DNA of 64,000 nucleotides from Candidatus Caccalectryoclostridium excrementigallinarum (GTDB taxonomy: Bacteria > Bacillota > Clostridia > Christensenellales > UBA3700). The stretch covers positions 15,806 to 79,805 of the forward strand of contig DVNJ01000024.1 of assembly GCA_018714485.1 (NCBI GenBank). The letters run 5' to 3'. Under the pieces are notes generated by a model. It was not told the origin of the DNA. It ran no database searches and worked only from the letters and a program-made list of their open reading frames with translations. Below, piece by piece: positions 52,866 through 61,960 of the stretch. Numbering within the stretch: the stretch's first letter is position 1; each line of letters starts with the position of its first letter. The position numbers were made by a program, and so were the translations under genes.

Positions 52866-53729
52866 TTGCGGAAAACCGTTTTGGCGGCGCGCGGGCGGAG
52901 AATATTTGGGTCTGCCGCGCCGTCTTGCCGGGCGCAGGGCGAGCATATCGCGCAAGACTTTCCCTATCTGCTCGTCGAAGAGCAGCGTCTGCCTTTCAAG
53001 CCCGGGCAGGGCGAAGGCTTCATACTTGTTGATCCTCAGGACATGAAAATTTTCGTTCGAGCGCATGAGCATGTCGCTTACTATGGCGGCGTTGGCGCCC
53101 AAGCGTCCGTTCGCGCTGCACCCGAGTTCGAAGATGAGCAGGCGTTTCGCGCGTCCGATAAATCTGGCTTGTGCGGCGAGGCGTTCGCCGTACTGTCGAG
53201 TGGGGACGAACTTGTCGCCGAAAAGGCGCAGGTTGGGCACGAGGGCGCGTCCGCAGACGGGGCAGCGGGGAAAAGGCGCGCCCGGGACAAAGGGCAGGAC
53301 AAGTTCGCGGCAGGCGTTCGGGCATTGCAGGTATCTTAAACTGCCCGAGGCGAAGAGGATATTTTTTTGCGCAAAGCCCGCCTTTTCGCAGAGCGAATCC
53401 AAGGTGAATTGCGCGAGAAAATGCGGCTTGCGCCTGACGAGCGCGAAGAGGTCGGTATGCAGCCTGCTTTGCGGCGCGTCTTGAATGCAGGCGGAATAAT
53501 AGCGCGAATAAAAGACGGGAAGGGCATGTTCGGGCAGGAGAGAAAAACCCTCGTTGAGGTCGGTGAGCATATATTTTTGCGCAAGGTCGGAAAACTTTTC
53601 ATAGAGCAGAGCGCCGTAGCTTTCCAACCCGCCTTCATAGGCGGCGCCCGCGCCCGCAAGTATCAAATAAGCGTCCGCCTCGTCGAAAAGCCGCAGGGCG
53701 GAGCGCAGTCTTTCGGAATAGTTTTCCAT
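52863..53729 (-). CDS. sirtuin (SIR2)-fold protein with non-canonical active-site residues
   Basis: ILAGAGAAYEGG aligns with GAGxSxxSGIP. AQFTLDSL aligns with TQNIDxLH. NILFASGSLRYLQCPNAC...CPVCG aligns with vxELHGSxxxxxCxxC...CPxCG, so the Zn ribbon is kept and the catalytic His position is Ser. LLIFELGCS aligns with the llviGTSl block. Confidence 0.6.
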   Translation of the reverse strand: MENYSERLRSALRLFDEADAYLILAGAGAAYEGGLESYGALLYEKFSDLAQKYMLTDLNEGFSLLPEHALPVFYSRYYSACIQDAPQSRLHTDLFALVRRKPHFLAQFTLDSLCEKAGFAQKNILFASGSLRYLQCPNACRELVLPFVPGAPFPRCPVCGRALVPNLRLFGDKFVPTRQYGERLAAQARFIGRAKRLLIFELGCSANGRLGANAAIVSDMLMRSNENFHVLRINKYEAFALPGLERQTLLFDEQIGKVLRDMLALRPARRRGRPKYSPPARRQNGFPQ

Positions 53730-54055
53730 GACTTATTCGATGCTTATGTGCGCAAACGGCAGCAAAAACGACAAGCGCATCGCTTTTTTTGCGCTCTCAA
53801 TGTGACTTTGCTGCGGGAATGCGGCGAAAACGCGGTTCTCCTTTCTCGATCTCACGCATATTATAAGCGTTGATTTTCAAAAATACAAGCATTTTGAATA
53901 ATATTTTTAATAATTTCAAAATTATTTCGCGCGAAAACTTTCGCCGCGGCGGACATATATGTAAAGAATATGTATATTTGCTCTTGTTTTTCGCCTATAT
54001 GTGTGTTATCATATAAGTGCGATAACCAACGCGAGAAAAAAAGAAGGAGGCACAT

Positions 54056-55651
54056 ATGTCGGAAGAAGAAATGAAAGATCGGGCGCCGCTCGAAGAGACG
54101 CCCGCGGAAGAGTCCGCCGAGACGGCTGTCGTCGAAGAGGCGGTCGCGGAAGGGGCGGCGGAAGCGGCGGCGCCCTCGCCCAAAAAGGGCTTTTGGGGCA
54201 AAGTGGACAATTGGTTCGGGATCACGAGGAGCGGATCGTCTTTCCGCACGGAGATCGTGGCGGGACTTACGACCTTCATGGCGATGGTCTATATCCTCAT
54301 GGTCAACGCGGGCATGTTTTCCGGGGTCATCACCGACAGCAGCGATCCTTACGGCGCGGCTTATATCGCGACCTCTATCGGCGCGATAATCGGCACGATG
54401 CTGATGGCGTTTTTGGCGCGCATGCCGCTGGCGCAGGCGTCGGGAATGGGCATCAACGCCTTTATCGTCTATACGCTTTTGAATGAGGGGACGGGGCTTA
54501 CTTACGCCAACTGCATGGTCTTCACCCTCATCGACGGCGTCATCTTCCTCATTCTCACCGTGACGGGGCTGAGGAAAAAGATCTTCGAGGCGATCCCCGC
54601 GGCGGTCAGACACGCGATCCCCGTGGGCATAGGTCTGTTCATCGCCTTTATCGGCTTGCAGCAGGCGGGAGTCATCGTTGACGAGGCGAGTACGCTCACC
54701 ACGTTCATCTCCTTCAACGTGCTTGCCGACAATCCCTTCATGACTTACAGCGCGGGCACGGTGGGCGGCATGCTCCCCGCGATCGTCGCCATCTTGGGCG
54801 TGATCACGATCGCCATTCTCTCGAAAAAGAACGTCAAGGGCGCGATCCTCTGGGGTATTCTCGGCTCGACCGTGCTCTATTATGTGCTGGCGGGTATCGC
54901 CGTGGGCGCGGGTTCGACGGGTGCGCAGGAGATGTTCGACAACGTCACCATCTCCAATCCCTTTGACGCTTTCGTCGCCTGGGGCAAGGATTCGGCGGGC
55001 GTCGTCTTTTACGAGGGCTTTAATTTCGACAAGTATCTGAGTACGCCGGGGAACACGGGCGCGACGCTTGCCGTGGTGCTCATCACCTCCGCGCTCTCGC
55101 TTTGCATGATAGATATGTTCGACACGATCGGAACGCTTTATGGCGCCTGCTCCAAGGGCGATCTGCTCGACAAGGACGGAACGCCCATACGCATGGAGAG
55201 AATGATGCTCGCCGACGCCATCGCCACCTGCACGGGCGCGATCGCGGGCACGTCCACGGTCACGACTTTCGTAGAATCCTCTTCGGGCGTCGTCGTGGGC
55301 GGCAAGACGGGCTTCACCGCCTTCATCACGGGCGTATGCTTTATCGTGGCGATGTTTTTAAGCCCGATCGCCCAGCTCATCCCCCGCAGCGCGACGGCAA
55401 CTGCGCTCTTGTGGGTGGGCGTCCTGATGATGAGCTCGGTGACGAAGATAAATTGGTCGAACGCCTCCGAGGCGATCGTCGCCTTTATGACCTTCATGGT
55501 CATGCTGCTGGGGTATTCCATCTCCAAGGGCATCGGCGCGGGCATACTCACCTATATCGTCGTCTCCGTCTTCACGGGCAAGATCAGGAAAATATCCGTT
55601 CCCACATGGGTCATCGGCGCCATCTTCCTGGCGACCTTCCTCTTGACCTGA
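54056..55651 (+). CDS. NCS2/AzgA-family purine (adenine/guanine/hypoxanthine) permease with acidic N-terminal extension
   Basis: SSFRTEIVAGLTTFMAMVYILMVNA and later AzgA-type TM blocks. GAAGGAGG SD. The first 45 aa or so are Glu/Ala-rich. Confidence 0.9.
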   Translation: MSEEEMKDRAPLEETPAEESAETAVVEEAVAEGAAEAAAPSPKKGFWGKVDNWFGITRSGSSFRTEIVAGLTTFMAMVYILMVNAGMFSGVITDSSDPYGAAYIATSIGAIIGTMLMAFLARMPLAQASGMGINAFIVYTLLNEGTGLTYANCMVFTLIDGVIFLILTVTGLRKKIFEAIPAAVRHAIPVGIGLFIAFIGLQQAGVIVDEASTLTTFISFNVLADNPFMTYSAGTVGGMLPAIVAILGVITIAILSKKNVKGAILWGILGSTVLYYVLAGIAVGAGSTGAQEMFDNVTISNPFDAFVAWGKDSAGVVFYEGFNFDKYLSTPGNTGATLAVVLITSALSLCMIDMFDTIGTLYGACSKGDLLDKDGTPIRMERMMLADAIATCTGAIAGTSTVTTFVESSSGVVVGGKTGFTAFITGVCFIVAMFLSPIAQLIPRSATATALLWVGVLMMSSVTKINWSNASEAIVAFMTFMVMLLGYSISKGIGAGILTYIVVSVFTGKIRKISVPTWVIGAIFLATFLLT

Positions 55652-55729
55652 AAAGAGAAAGGGCGGCGCAAACGCGCCGCCTTTTTTGCGCCTTGCGGGC
55701 GCTTCTGCTTTACCTGCAAGTAAATAGAG

Positions 55730-56776
55730 GTGAAAATGCTTACCTATTCTTATTTGGGCGATAAGGCGGCGGGCTTTTGTCAAAAACCGCAGCCCGAGCT
55801 TGTCGAGGACACGGACGCCCTTGTGCGCGTGACGCTTTCGAGCATCTGCACGAGCGATCTTCATATCATCGGCGGCTATGTGCCGCGCGCGCAAAAAGGC
55901 GTGACGCTGGGGCATGAAGCGGTCGGGATCGTGGAAAAAGTCGGGGCAGGGGTGAAAAAATTGCGTCAAGGCGACAGGGTGGCGATCAATGTCGAGACCT
56001 TTTGCGGCGAATGTTTTTTCTGCAAGAGGGGCTGGGTGAACAACTGCACGGACAAAAACGGCGGCTGGGCGCTGGGCTGCCGCATAGACGGCATGCAGGC
56101 GCCTTTTGTGCGCGTGCCCTTTGCGGACAACTGTCTGAGCAGGCTTCCTCTCGGCGTGAGCGACAGACAGGCGCTCTTTGTCGGCGACATTCTCGCCACG
56201 GGATATTGGGCGGCGGACATATCCGAGATAGAAGAGGGCGAGGAAGTCCTCGTGCTCGGCGGCGGTCCCACGGGCATATGCTGCGCTCTCTGCGCAGAGC
56301 TCAAAGGCGTGCGGGTGAGCGTGAGCGAGAAAGACGAAAAAAGGCGCGCCTTTATCGCGGCGAACTATCCCTTTTTGCGCGCGCTTTCGCCCGAGGAGGC
56401 GGAAAGTCTTTTTCCCCGTCTTGCGCGCGGCGGCGCGGACAGGGTGATCGAGGCGGCGGGCGGAGAGGACACTTTCGAGCAGGCGTGGCGTCTCGCGCGC
56501 CCCAACGCCGTGGTCACGATCGTCGCCATGTATGAGAGCGATCGCATACTGCCTCTTCCGCGCATGTACGGGAAAAATCTCGTCTTCAAGACGGGCGGAG
56601 TGGACGGCAGTAAATGCGACGAGATAATATCGCTCATCGCCGCGGGCAGGCTGAACACGCTGCCGCTCATCACGCATACCTTCGCGTTCGAAGAGATAGA
56701 GCGGGCATATGAACTTTTTGCCGCGCACTCGGACGGAGTGATGAAAGTTGCTGTGATTTATGCCGAACCGGAATAA
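55730..56776 (+). CDS. zinc-dependent medium-chain alcohol/polyol dehydrogenase
   Basis: CTSDLH, GHEAVG, structural-zinc motif CGECFFCKRGWVNNC, and the GGGPTG Rossmann motif. Confidence 0.85.
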   Translation: MKMLTYSYLGDKAAGFCQKPQPELVEDTDALVRVTLSSICTSDLHIIGGYVPRAQKGVTLGHEAVGIVEKVGAGVKKLRQGDRVAINVETFCGECFFCKRGWVNNCTDKNGGWALGCRIDGMQAPFVRVPFADNCLSRLPLGVSDRQALFVGDILATGYWAADISEIEEGEEVLVLGGGPTGICCALCAELKGVRVSVSEKDEKRRAFIAANYPFLRALSPEEAESLFPRLARGGADRVIEAAGGEDTFEQAWRLARPNAVVTIVAMYESDRILPLPRMYGKNLVFKTGGVDGSKCDEIISLIAAGRLNTLPLITHTFAFEEIERAYELFAAHSDGVMKVAVIYAEPE

Positions 56777-56844
56777 TACGAATCGGGTCCGGCGCCGCCG
56801 ATTTCCGCCCGATCGGCGTCATTCGCCTTGCTAATACGGGTCAA
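56766..56844 (+). repeat. direct repeat copy A1 (79 bp), starting 11 nt before the end of the ADH gene
   Basis: Identical to 57008-57086. It extends to 56762/57004 with one mismatch. Contains the hairpin cgccgat/atcggcg (56796-56818). Confidence 0.95.
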
Positions 56845-56970
56845 GTATTAGCTGCGGCGACTTCCTTGTTCAGCCAAAAATCGGCAGGCGCGGGACTGCT
56901 CGCACCTCAGAGCAAGAGATTATACATATTGACAAGTTTCGGCTGTGCAAAAGCGCCGAAAAGAATTGCT

Positions 56971-57034
56971 CCGAGGCCGATCCGTATTACTCCGGTCCGG
57001 CATGCCTAACCGGAATAATACGAATCGGGTCCGG
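56971..57034. repeat. 64-nt imperfect palindrome (inverted partial copy of A abutting A2)
   Basis: The reverse complement of 56971-56999 matches 56764-56792 and 57006-57034 at 23 of 29 positions. The arms are separated by about 6 nt. Confidence 0.85.
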
Positions 57035-57086
57035 CGCCGCCGATTTCCGCCCGATCGGCGTCATTCGCCTTGCTAATACGGGTCAA
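57008..57086 (+). repeat. direct repeat copy A2 (79 bp)
   Basis: Perfect copy of 56766-56844, 242 bp downstream. Confidence 0.95.
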
Positions 57087-57116
57087 CAGTTGCGGCATTG
57101 AAAAAGCGGAAAAAGG

Positions 57117-57156
57117 CAGCAAAAAAGCGCCCCTATCGGAGCGCTTTTGCTTTTTG
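57117..57156. terminator. bidirectional terminator (ADH 3' region / GH38)
   Basis: AAAAAA-gcgcccc-tatc-ggagcgc-TTTT gc TTTTT. It has T-runs on both strands. Confidence 0.8.
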
Positions 57157-57158
57157 TC

Positions 57159-60100
57159 TTAAAGCTCGAAATAGAGCGTTTTGATCTCGAACGGCTTGAA
57201 AGCGAGCTTTGAAAGCTCCGCTTTGCCCTTTTTGTTTTCGAGCATGTCGCATTCAAAGGCGGCGCCTTTTGAAGCAAAACTCACCTTTGCCTTGGTTTCC
57301 TTGCCCTTATATTCGTAAAGGCGCGCCACGATGCCCTTTTCGTCCTCGGCGACCTTGACCGTTTCGAGAATGACGCCGTCGCCTTCCACGCCGACGGGGC
57401 ACTTTTCTTCAAAGTTAGCTTTGCGCAGCATCACCACGTTGTTATAGCAGTAAGCGCGCGCCTTGACGTCGCTTTCCTCGAACTTCTCCTTATGCGGATA
57501 GAGGGCGTAACTGATATGGTGCGAGCCGCGGTCGCATTCGGGATCGGGGAAGCGGGGAGCGCGCAGCAGCGCCAGCGAAAGCATGCCCTCTTTGACCTTG
57601 TGCCCGTATTTGCAGCGGTTGAACAGCGCGAGCGAATAGTCTTCGCCGTCCAAGTTGACGAACTTATGCGCGCAAACTTCGAACTGCGCCTGCTCGATCG
57701 AGGTGTCGTTCTTCGTGGAGCGGTCTATCTGACCGAACTGTATGTCGCATTTGACCTTGTCGGCAAAGACGGAAGGGATAAAGTCGGCGCGCAGCATTTT
57801 CAGCTCTTCGTGCCAATCCGCGTCCATGTCGAACTGCACCAGCGTGTCGCCCAAGGTGAGCGCCACGGTCTGCTCGAACTGCGAGTCCATGAAGCGGTAG
57901 CGGTTGCGCCTGACCACGCGCACGCCGTCGATATAGGTGTCGCTGCCTTCGAGTTTGAGCGAGTGCTTTTTCAGCTTGTCGTAGTCCATGCGTATATCCC
58001 AGGCGTTATAGTACATGAAGGGATCTTCATAGACGGTGAGCTTGTTGAAATATTGCCCCTCTCTGACCAGCTCTTTGGCGTTCTTGACGTCGAAGAGGGA
58101 AGTGATCTCGCCGCCCTTGCCGAACGTGATCGTGATGAGCCCGTTGGAGATGGTGTTTTCTCCGAAGGTGAGCGAGGAGACGTCCATGTTCTCGACGGGG
58201 GCTATCTTGCCCGCGCCCATGGCGGGGAGATCCACCGAATACCACTTGTCTTCCACGCGGATGAACTCCTTGCGCGCGAAATCCACGGGGTTGATCGCGG
58301 TGTATTCTTCGCTCTCGCCCGAGGACATGTCGTCGATGAGCTTCGCCGCCACGCCCTGGATCTGCTTGTAAAGCTCCTTGTAGCGCTCTCTGCTCTCGTC
58401 ATAGACACGCTTGATGGACGAGCCGGGCAGAACGTCGTGGAATTGATAGAGCAAAACTTCCTTCCAGATGCTCTCGACGAGCGCCCTGTCGTAACTTACG
58501 CCGCGCAGCTTGCCTTCCGCGCCCAAAAGCTCGACGAGATGCAGCATGTTTTCCATGCGCCTGTTCCAAAGTTTCGCCGCCGCCTGAGAGGTGTAAGTCC
58601 CCTGGTGACGTTCATAGTAAAGCTCGCCGTCGTATTCGGGAATGACGTCGTTGTATTTTTCCAGCTCTTCGAAAAAGTCGATCGCCTTTGACGGCTTGAC
58701 GGGAGCGAGTCCGTAAATGCCCTTTTGCATGCGGGAGACATATTCGATATGCCCTTCGCCGGGACCGCCGCCGCCGTCGCCGTCGCCGTAAAGCAGCAGG
58801 CAGACGGGAACGCTTTCTTTTTCCTTGTTGCGCTTGTTCGACTTGAAGATGGCGAGGGGAGAGGCGCCCGAGTTATAGTCGCCCGCAGGCTCCATATGCG
58901 CGAGCACTTCGCTGCCGTCCAAGCCCTTCCACTTGAAAGAGGAGTGCGGGAATTCGTTGACCGTGTTGCTCATGATCTTTATGGTCATGAAATAGTCCAT
59001 GCCGCAGCCCTTGATGACCTGGGGAAGAGTCGCGGGGAAGCCGAAGCAGTCGGGCAGCCAGCACATCTTCATGTCCTTGCCGAATTCCTCTTTGAAATAA
59101 CGCTTTCCGTAGAGGAACTGCCTGATCCAGCTTTCGCCCGAGGGCAGATTGCAGTCGCTCTCCACCCACATTCCGCCTTGAAGCTCTATCCTGCCTTCGG
59201 CGACGTATTTTTTCACCTGCTCGAAAACTTCGGGATAGTCCTCTTTGAGCCAGGTGAACATCTGCGCCTGCGATTCGGCGAAGATGAAGTTGTCGTATTT
59301 TTTAATATTGCGCAGCTGGTTGGCGAACGTCCTGCCGATCTTGCGGCGCGTTTCGCGCAGGGGCCAGAGCCAGGCGAGGTCGATATGCGCGTGACCCACG
59401 GCATAGTGGGTGACGGCGGGATAGTCGATGGGGCGGAAGAGGACGGGGGCGAGCGCTTCGCGCGCCTTTGCCGCGCCCTGCTCCTTGAAGACCTTCCAGG
59501 CGTTTTTCATGCCCTCGTCCAGCTCTTTGGCGCGGGCGGAATAAACTTCCGCTTTGCCCACGTCGCTGTCCTTCATGCCCTCGGCGTCGCCCAAGAGCTT
59601 GCACATGAGGAAATAAGCCTCGATATAGTCGTAATAATAAGAATTGAGCTCTTCGTTCATCACCGCGAGGTCGTATCTGCGCAGGTGCGCGGACATATTC
59701 TCGAAGCGCAGCTTGCCGTTAAAGCCCGCGTCCACATAAAGCTCGACTTCCTCGCCGCCTTCGGCGCAGGGGGAAATGTCGACTATCTGCTTGCCGATCG
59801 TGCTGTGGAAGAGGTCGCCCTTGCTCAAGACCTGGGTTATGCCCTGCAAGACGTGCCCGTCCTTGTCGTAGACCAAGCCTTCGCCCTGAAGTTTTATGCG
59901 CGCCACGACCCTTTTGCCCTTGCCCGCTTCGGGAACGGTGCCGGTGAAACGGAACCAGGCGCAGCCGAACTTATCCGCCCATTTTTGCATAAAGCGCATA
60001 TTTTTGAACTTGCTCTTGTCGAGGTCTTCCCATTTGATCGGTTCGTCCGAGAGTATGCCTTGCGGTTTGAGCGAGGCTATCTTCTTATAGATCTTTCCTT

Positions 60101-60173
60101 TGAGAGCGATCAGGTTGAAGGCGTGAGAGCCGTTTGCGATCGCTTTTAACACGAAATTCTTGTCGTTTCCCAT
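57159..60173 (-). CDS. GH38 alpha-mannosidase, cytoplasmic
   Basis: 1004 aa. VGHAHIDLAWLWPLRET and CWLPDCFGF (nucleophile Asp) are GH38 blocks. No signal peptide. Confidence 0.9.
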   Translation of the reverse strand: MGNDKNFVLKAIANGSHAFNLIALKGKIYKKIASLKPQGILSDEPIKWEDLDKSKFKNMRFMQKWADKFGCAWFRFTGTVPEAGKGKRVVARIKLQGEGLVYDKDGHVLQGITQVLSKGDLFHSTIGKQIVDISPCAEGGEEVELYVDAGFNGKLRFENMSAHLRRYDLAVMNEELNSYYYDYIEAYFLMCKLLGDAEGMKDSDVGKAEVYSARAKELDEGMKNAWKVFKEQGAAKAREALAPVLFRPIDYPAVTHYAVGHAHIDLAWLWPLRETRRKIGRTFANQLRNIKKYDNFIFAESQAQMFTWLKEDYPEVFEQVKKYVAEGRIELQGGMWVESDCNLPSGESWIRQFLYGKRYFKEEFGKDMKMCWLPDCFGFPATLPQVIKGCGMDYFMTIKIMSNTVNEFPHSSFKWKGLDGSEVLAHMEPAGDYNSGASPLAIFKSNKRNKEKESVPVCLLLYGDGDGGGGPGEGHIEYVSRMQKGIYGLAPVKPSKAIDFFEELEKYNDVIPEYDGELYYERHQGTYTSQAAAKLWNRRMENMLHLVELLGAEGKLRGVSYDRALVESIWKEVLLYQFHDVLPGSSIKRVYDESRERYKELYKQIQGVAAKLIDDMSSGESEEYTAINPVDFARKEFIRVEDKWYSVDLPAMGAGKIAPVENMDVSSLTFGENTISNGLITITFGKGGEITSLFDVKNAKELVREGQYFNKLTVYEDPFMYYNAWDIRMDYDKLKKHSLKLEGSDTYIDGVRVVRRNRYRFMDSQFEQTVALTLGDTLVQFDMDADWHEELKMLRADFIPSVFADKVKCDIQFGQIDRSTKNDTSIEQAQFEVCAHKFVNLDGEDYSLALFNRCKYGHKVKEGMLSLALLRAPRFPDPECDRGSHHISYALYPHKEKFEESDVKARAYCYNNVVMLRKANFEEKCPVGVEGDGVILETVKVAEDEKGIVARLYEYKGKETKAKVSFASKGAAFECDMLENKKGKAELSKLAFKPFEIKTLYFEL

Positions 60174-60292
60174 AATAACTCCATAGTGCGGGCATGCGCC
60201 CGATGATTGCTTACATATAATTTATCATAAATCGCGCGTCAAGTAAACCGTGTGCGCGGTAAAATTTTTTATACGCGCATATTCGGTGGTGC

Positions 60293-61486
60293 TCAATCGA
60301 AATAATCTGTCTTTTTCAGCTCGAGCTTGCCGATATATCTGTTGTAAAAGGAGAGGAAATAATCGTCGCACATCGAGGCGATAAAGTCCGCCGCCACGCG
60401 CTCGGGGCGGTCTTTGTCGTCGAGGCGATAGGCGCGGACAAAGTCGAGATTGGCATAGATATAGGGGAAATATATCTTGTCGAGTACGCCCTTTCCGCCC
60501 TTGAGATCGTCGATGGCGAACTCGTACGCCTCGCCCACCGCCTTTGCCATTTGCTCCGACTGCCGCGCGGTTATGCCCGTGCTCTCGCTCTTATAGATAA
60601 AGGCGTAATTTTCGCGCATTCCCATTATTAGGGCGGCATACAATTCGTCCGAGAGGCAGATCGCGTCCTTGCCGAAGCTGTTGAAGATGATGTCCTCTCC
60701 CGCGGCGCGAATGATCTTGTGGTTGAGAATGCCCGCGCCGTGATCGGTGTATCCTTCGAGCGGGTGCACGCCGAGCCTGTCCGCGTCCTGCCTGTCCTTG
60801 CCCAGATAGGCGATGACGTCGCAGATACGCACGAGGCAGCCCTCGAGCGTCGCGGGCATGAGCTCCTCCGCGCTTATCCTGCCGTTATAGGCGCGCTCCA
60901 ACTTTTCTTCGAGAAGGGCAAAGTCGCGCGTGGCGCGCTCGTTGGGGCGGTAAGTTTGCAGCACGCATTCGCCGTTATGGCAGAGCACGCCGTCGATCAC
61001 CTGCAAGGACATGTCCGAGCGGGTGATATGGTCGAGATAGCGCGCGCTCTGAACGTGATGGGCGAACGTATAGCCGTGTTTTTTCGTGGCATCGTTGAGC
61101 CAGACTTCGCCCTTGTGCCCGAAAGGCGCATGCCCCAAGTCGTGCGCGCAGGCGATCGCTTCGATGAGGTCGCAGTTAAGCCCCAGCGCCCGACCGATGG
61201 TGCGGGCGATGCGCGAGACAAGTCCGACATGCGAAGCGCGCGTGGAAATATCGTTGTTGGCGTGCAGGGAAAAGACCTGCGTCTTGCCGCCGTAACGGTT
61301 ATATTGCGCCAAATTTATCACCGCCTCGCAGTCGCGTACAAAGCCGCGGCGGTAAAAATTATATTCGTAGTTCGAGCGGCGCAGGCAGTCTTTTTCGCGC
61401 GCGGCATAGGGGGAAAGCTCCGCTTCCGCCTGCCGGGCGCGCTTTAATATTTTTTCTCTGATGAGCTGTTTTTCTCTCTCGTCCAT
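60293..61486 (-). CDS. HD-domain dNTP triphosphohydrolase-like protein (dGTPase/SAMHD1 family)
   Basis: TRASHVGLVSRIARTIG...AHDLGHAPFGH is the HD motif block of the Dgt family. 397 aa. Confidence 0.85.
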   Translation of the reverse strand: MDEREKQLIREKILKRARQAEAELSPYAAREKDCLRRSNYEYNFYRRGFVRDCEAVINLAQYNRYGGKTQVFSLHANNDISTRASHVGLVSRIARTIGRALGLNCDLIEAIACAHDLGHAPFGHKGEVWLNDATKKHGYTFAHHVQSARYLDHITRSDMSLQVIDGVLCHNGECVLQTYRPNERATRDFALLEEKLERAYNGRISAEELMPATLEGCLVRICDVIAYLGKDRQDADRLGVHPLEGYTDHGAGILNHKIIRAAGEDIIFNSFGKDAICLSDELYAALIMGMRENYAFIYKSESTGITARQSEQMAKAVGEAYEFAIDDLKGGKGVLDKIYFPYIYANLDFVRAYRLDDKDRPERVAADFIASMCDDYFLSFYNRYIGKLELKKTDYFD

Positions 61487-61492
61487 ACTGAC

Positions 61493-61521
61493 ATTATAGC
61501 AAACAAAGAGAAAAAAGCCAA
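61493..61521 (-). promoter_or_regulatory. sigma-70 promoter placing the TSS at or next to the dGTPase ATG (leaderless candidate)
   Basis: On the minus strand: TTGGCT (61516-61521), a 17-nt spacer, then TATAAT (61493-61498). Only 6 nt (gtcagt) precede the ATG at 61486, and there is no SD. Confidence 0.6.
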
Positions 61522-61525
61522 GAAA

Positions 61526-61558
61526 AACAAAAAAGGGACGGAGAAAGCTCCGTCCGTG
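61526..61558 (-). terminator. terminator after the small Gly/Ala-rich membrane protein gene
   Basis: On the minus strand: ggacggag-cttt-ctccgtcc followed by cTTTTTTgTTTTT. Confidence 0.8.
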
Positions 61559-61582
61559 AAAAGGAAAAAGAGGGAGGGTAAT

Positions 61583-61825
61583 TTATGCCCGAACGCGCTT
61601 GCCCGCAATGGTGCGGCAGATGGGAACGGCGCCCGCGAGCATGGCAAGCCCCGCCAAGGCTGCCGCCGCGCCGCCTATGCAGACGCCCAAGGAAGCGCCG
61701 CTCGCGGCGAGCGCTATGCCCAAGCCGCAAACCGCCGCGCCCAAAATGCCGAGCAGGGCGCCCGTGACGGCTGCGGTCAGTTTTTGTCTTTTTGCCAACT
61801 TTTTTTCGATATTCGTATTTTTCAT
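61583..61825 (-). CDS. 80-aa Gly/Ala-rich (glycine-zipper-like) two-TM membrane protein
   Basis: AAGGAGAGA SD and its own terminator. Sequence TAAVTGALLGILGAAVCGLGIALAASGASLGVCIGGAAAALAGLAMLAG. Confidence 0.5.
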   Translation of the reverse strand: MKNTNIEKKLAKRQKLTAAVTGALLGILGAAVCGLGIALAASGASLGVCIGGAAAALAGLAMLAGAVPICRTIAGKRVRA

Positions 61826-61960
61826 CTTGTCTCTCCTTTACGCTTTAATGATAGATGGCGCGGGTTAACTTTGCGTAACCTTTCCGTCAACGAGCGGTAA
61901 CGTTCGGGTAAATATTGCGTAAGAAGAGGAGTTTTATGCGCGATCTCGCGCCGAAAAGGC

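Noticed and set aside
53730-54055. Purine riboswitch upstream of the NCS2 permease
   Set aside because: I could not find the conserved purine-riboswitch junction and loop sequences. The distance from the likely -10 (TGtTATCAT, about 54008-54016) to the ATG is only about 40 nt.
56762-57086. Diversity-generating retroelement (TR/VR pair) or prophage attL/attR
   Set aside because: The copies are identical, with no A-specific differences, and only 11 nt lie in the coding region. No reverse transcriptase, integrase or cargo lies between or near the copies; the spacer is only 163 bp.
57002-57098. Small ORFs inside the repeat region (24 aa on the plus strand; 30 aa MPQLLTRISKANDADRAEIGGAGPDSYYSG on the minus strand)
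   Set aside because: They have no Shine-Dalgarno sequences, are very short, and their frames are created by the duplication itself.
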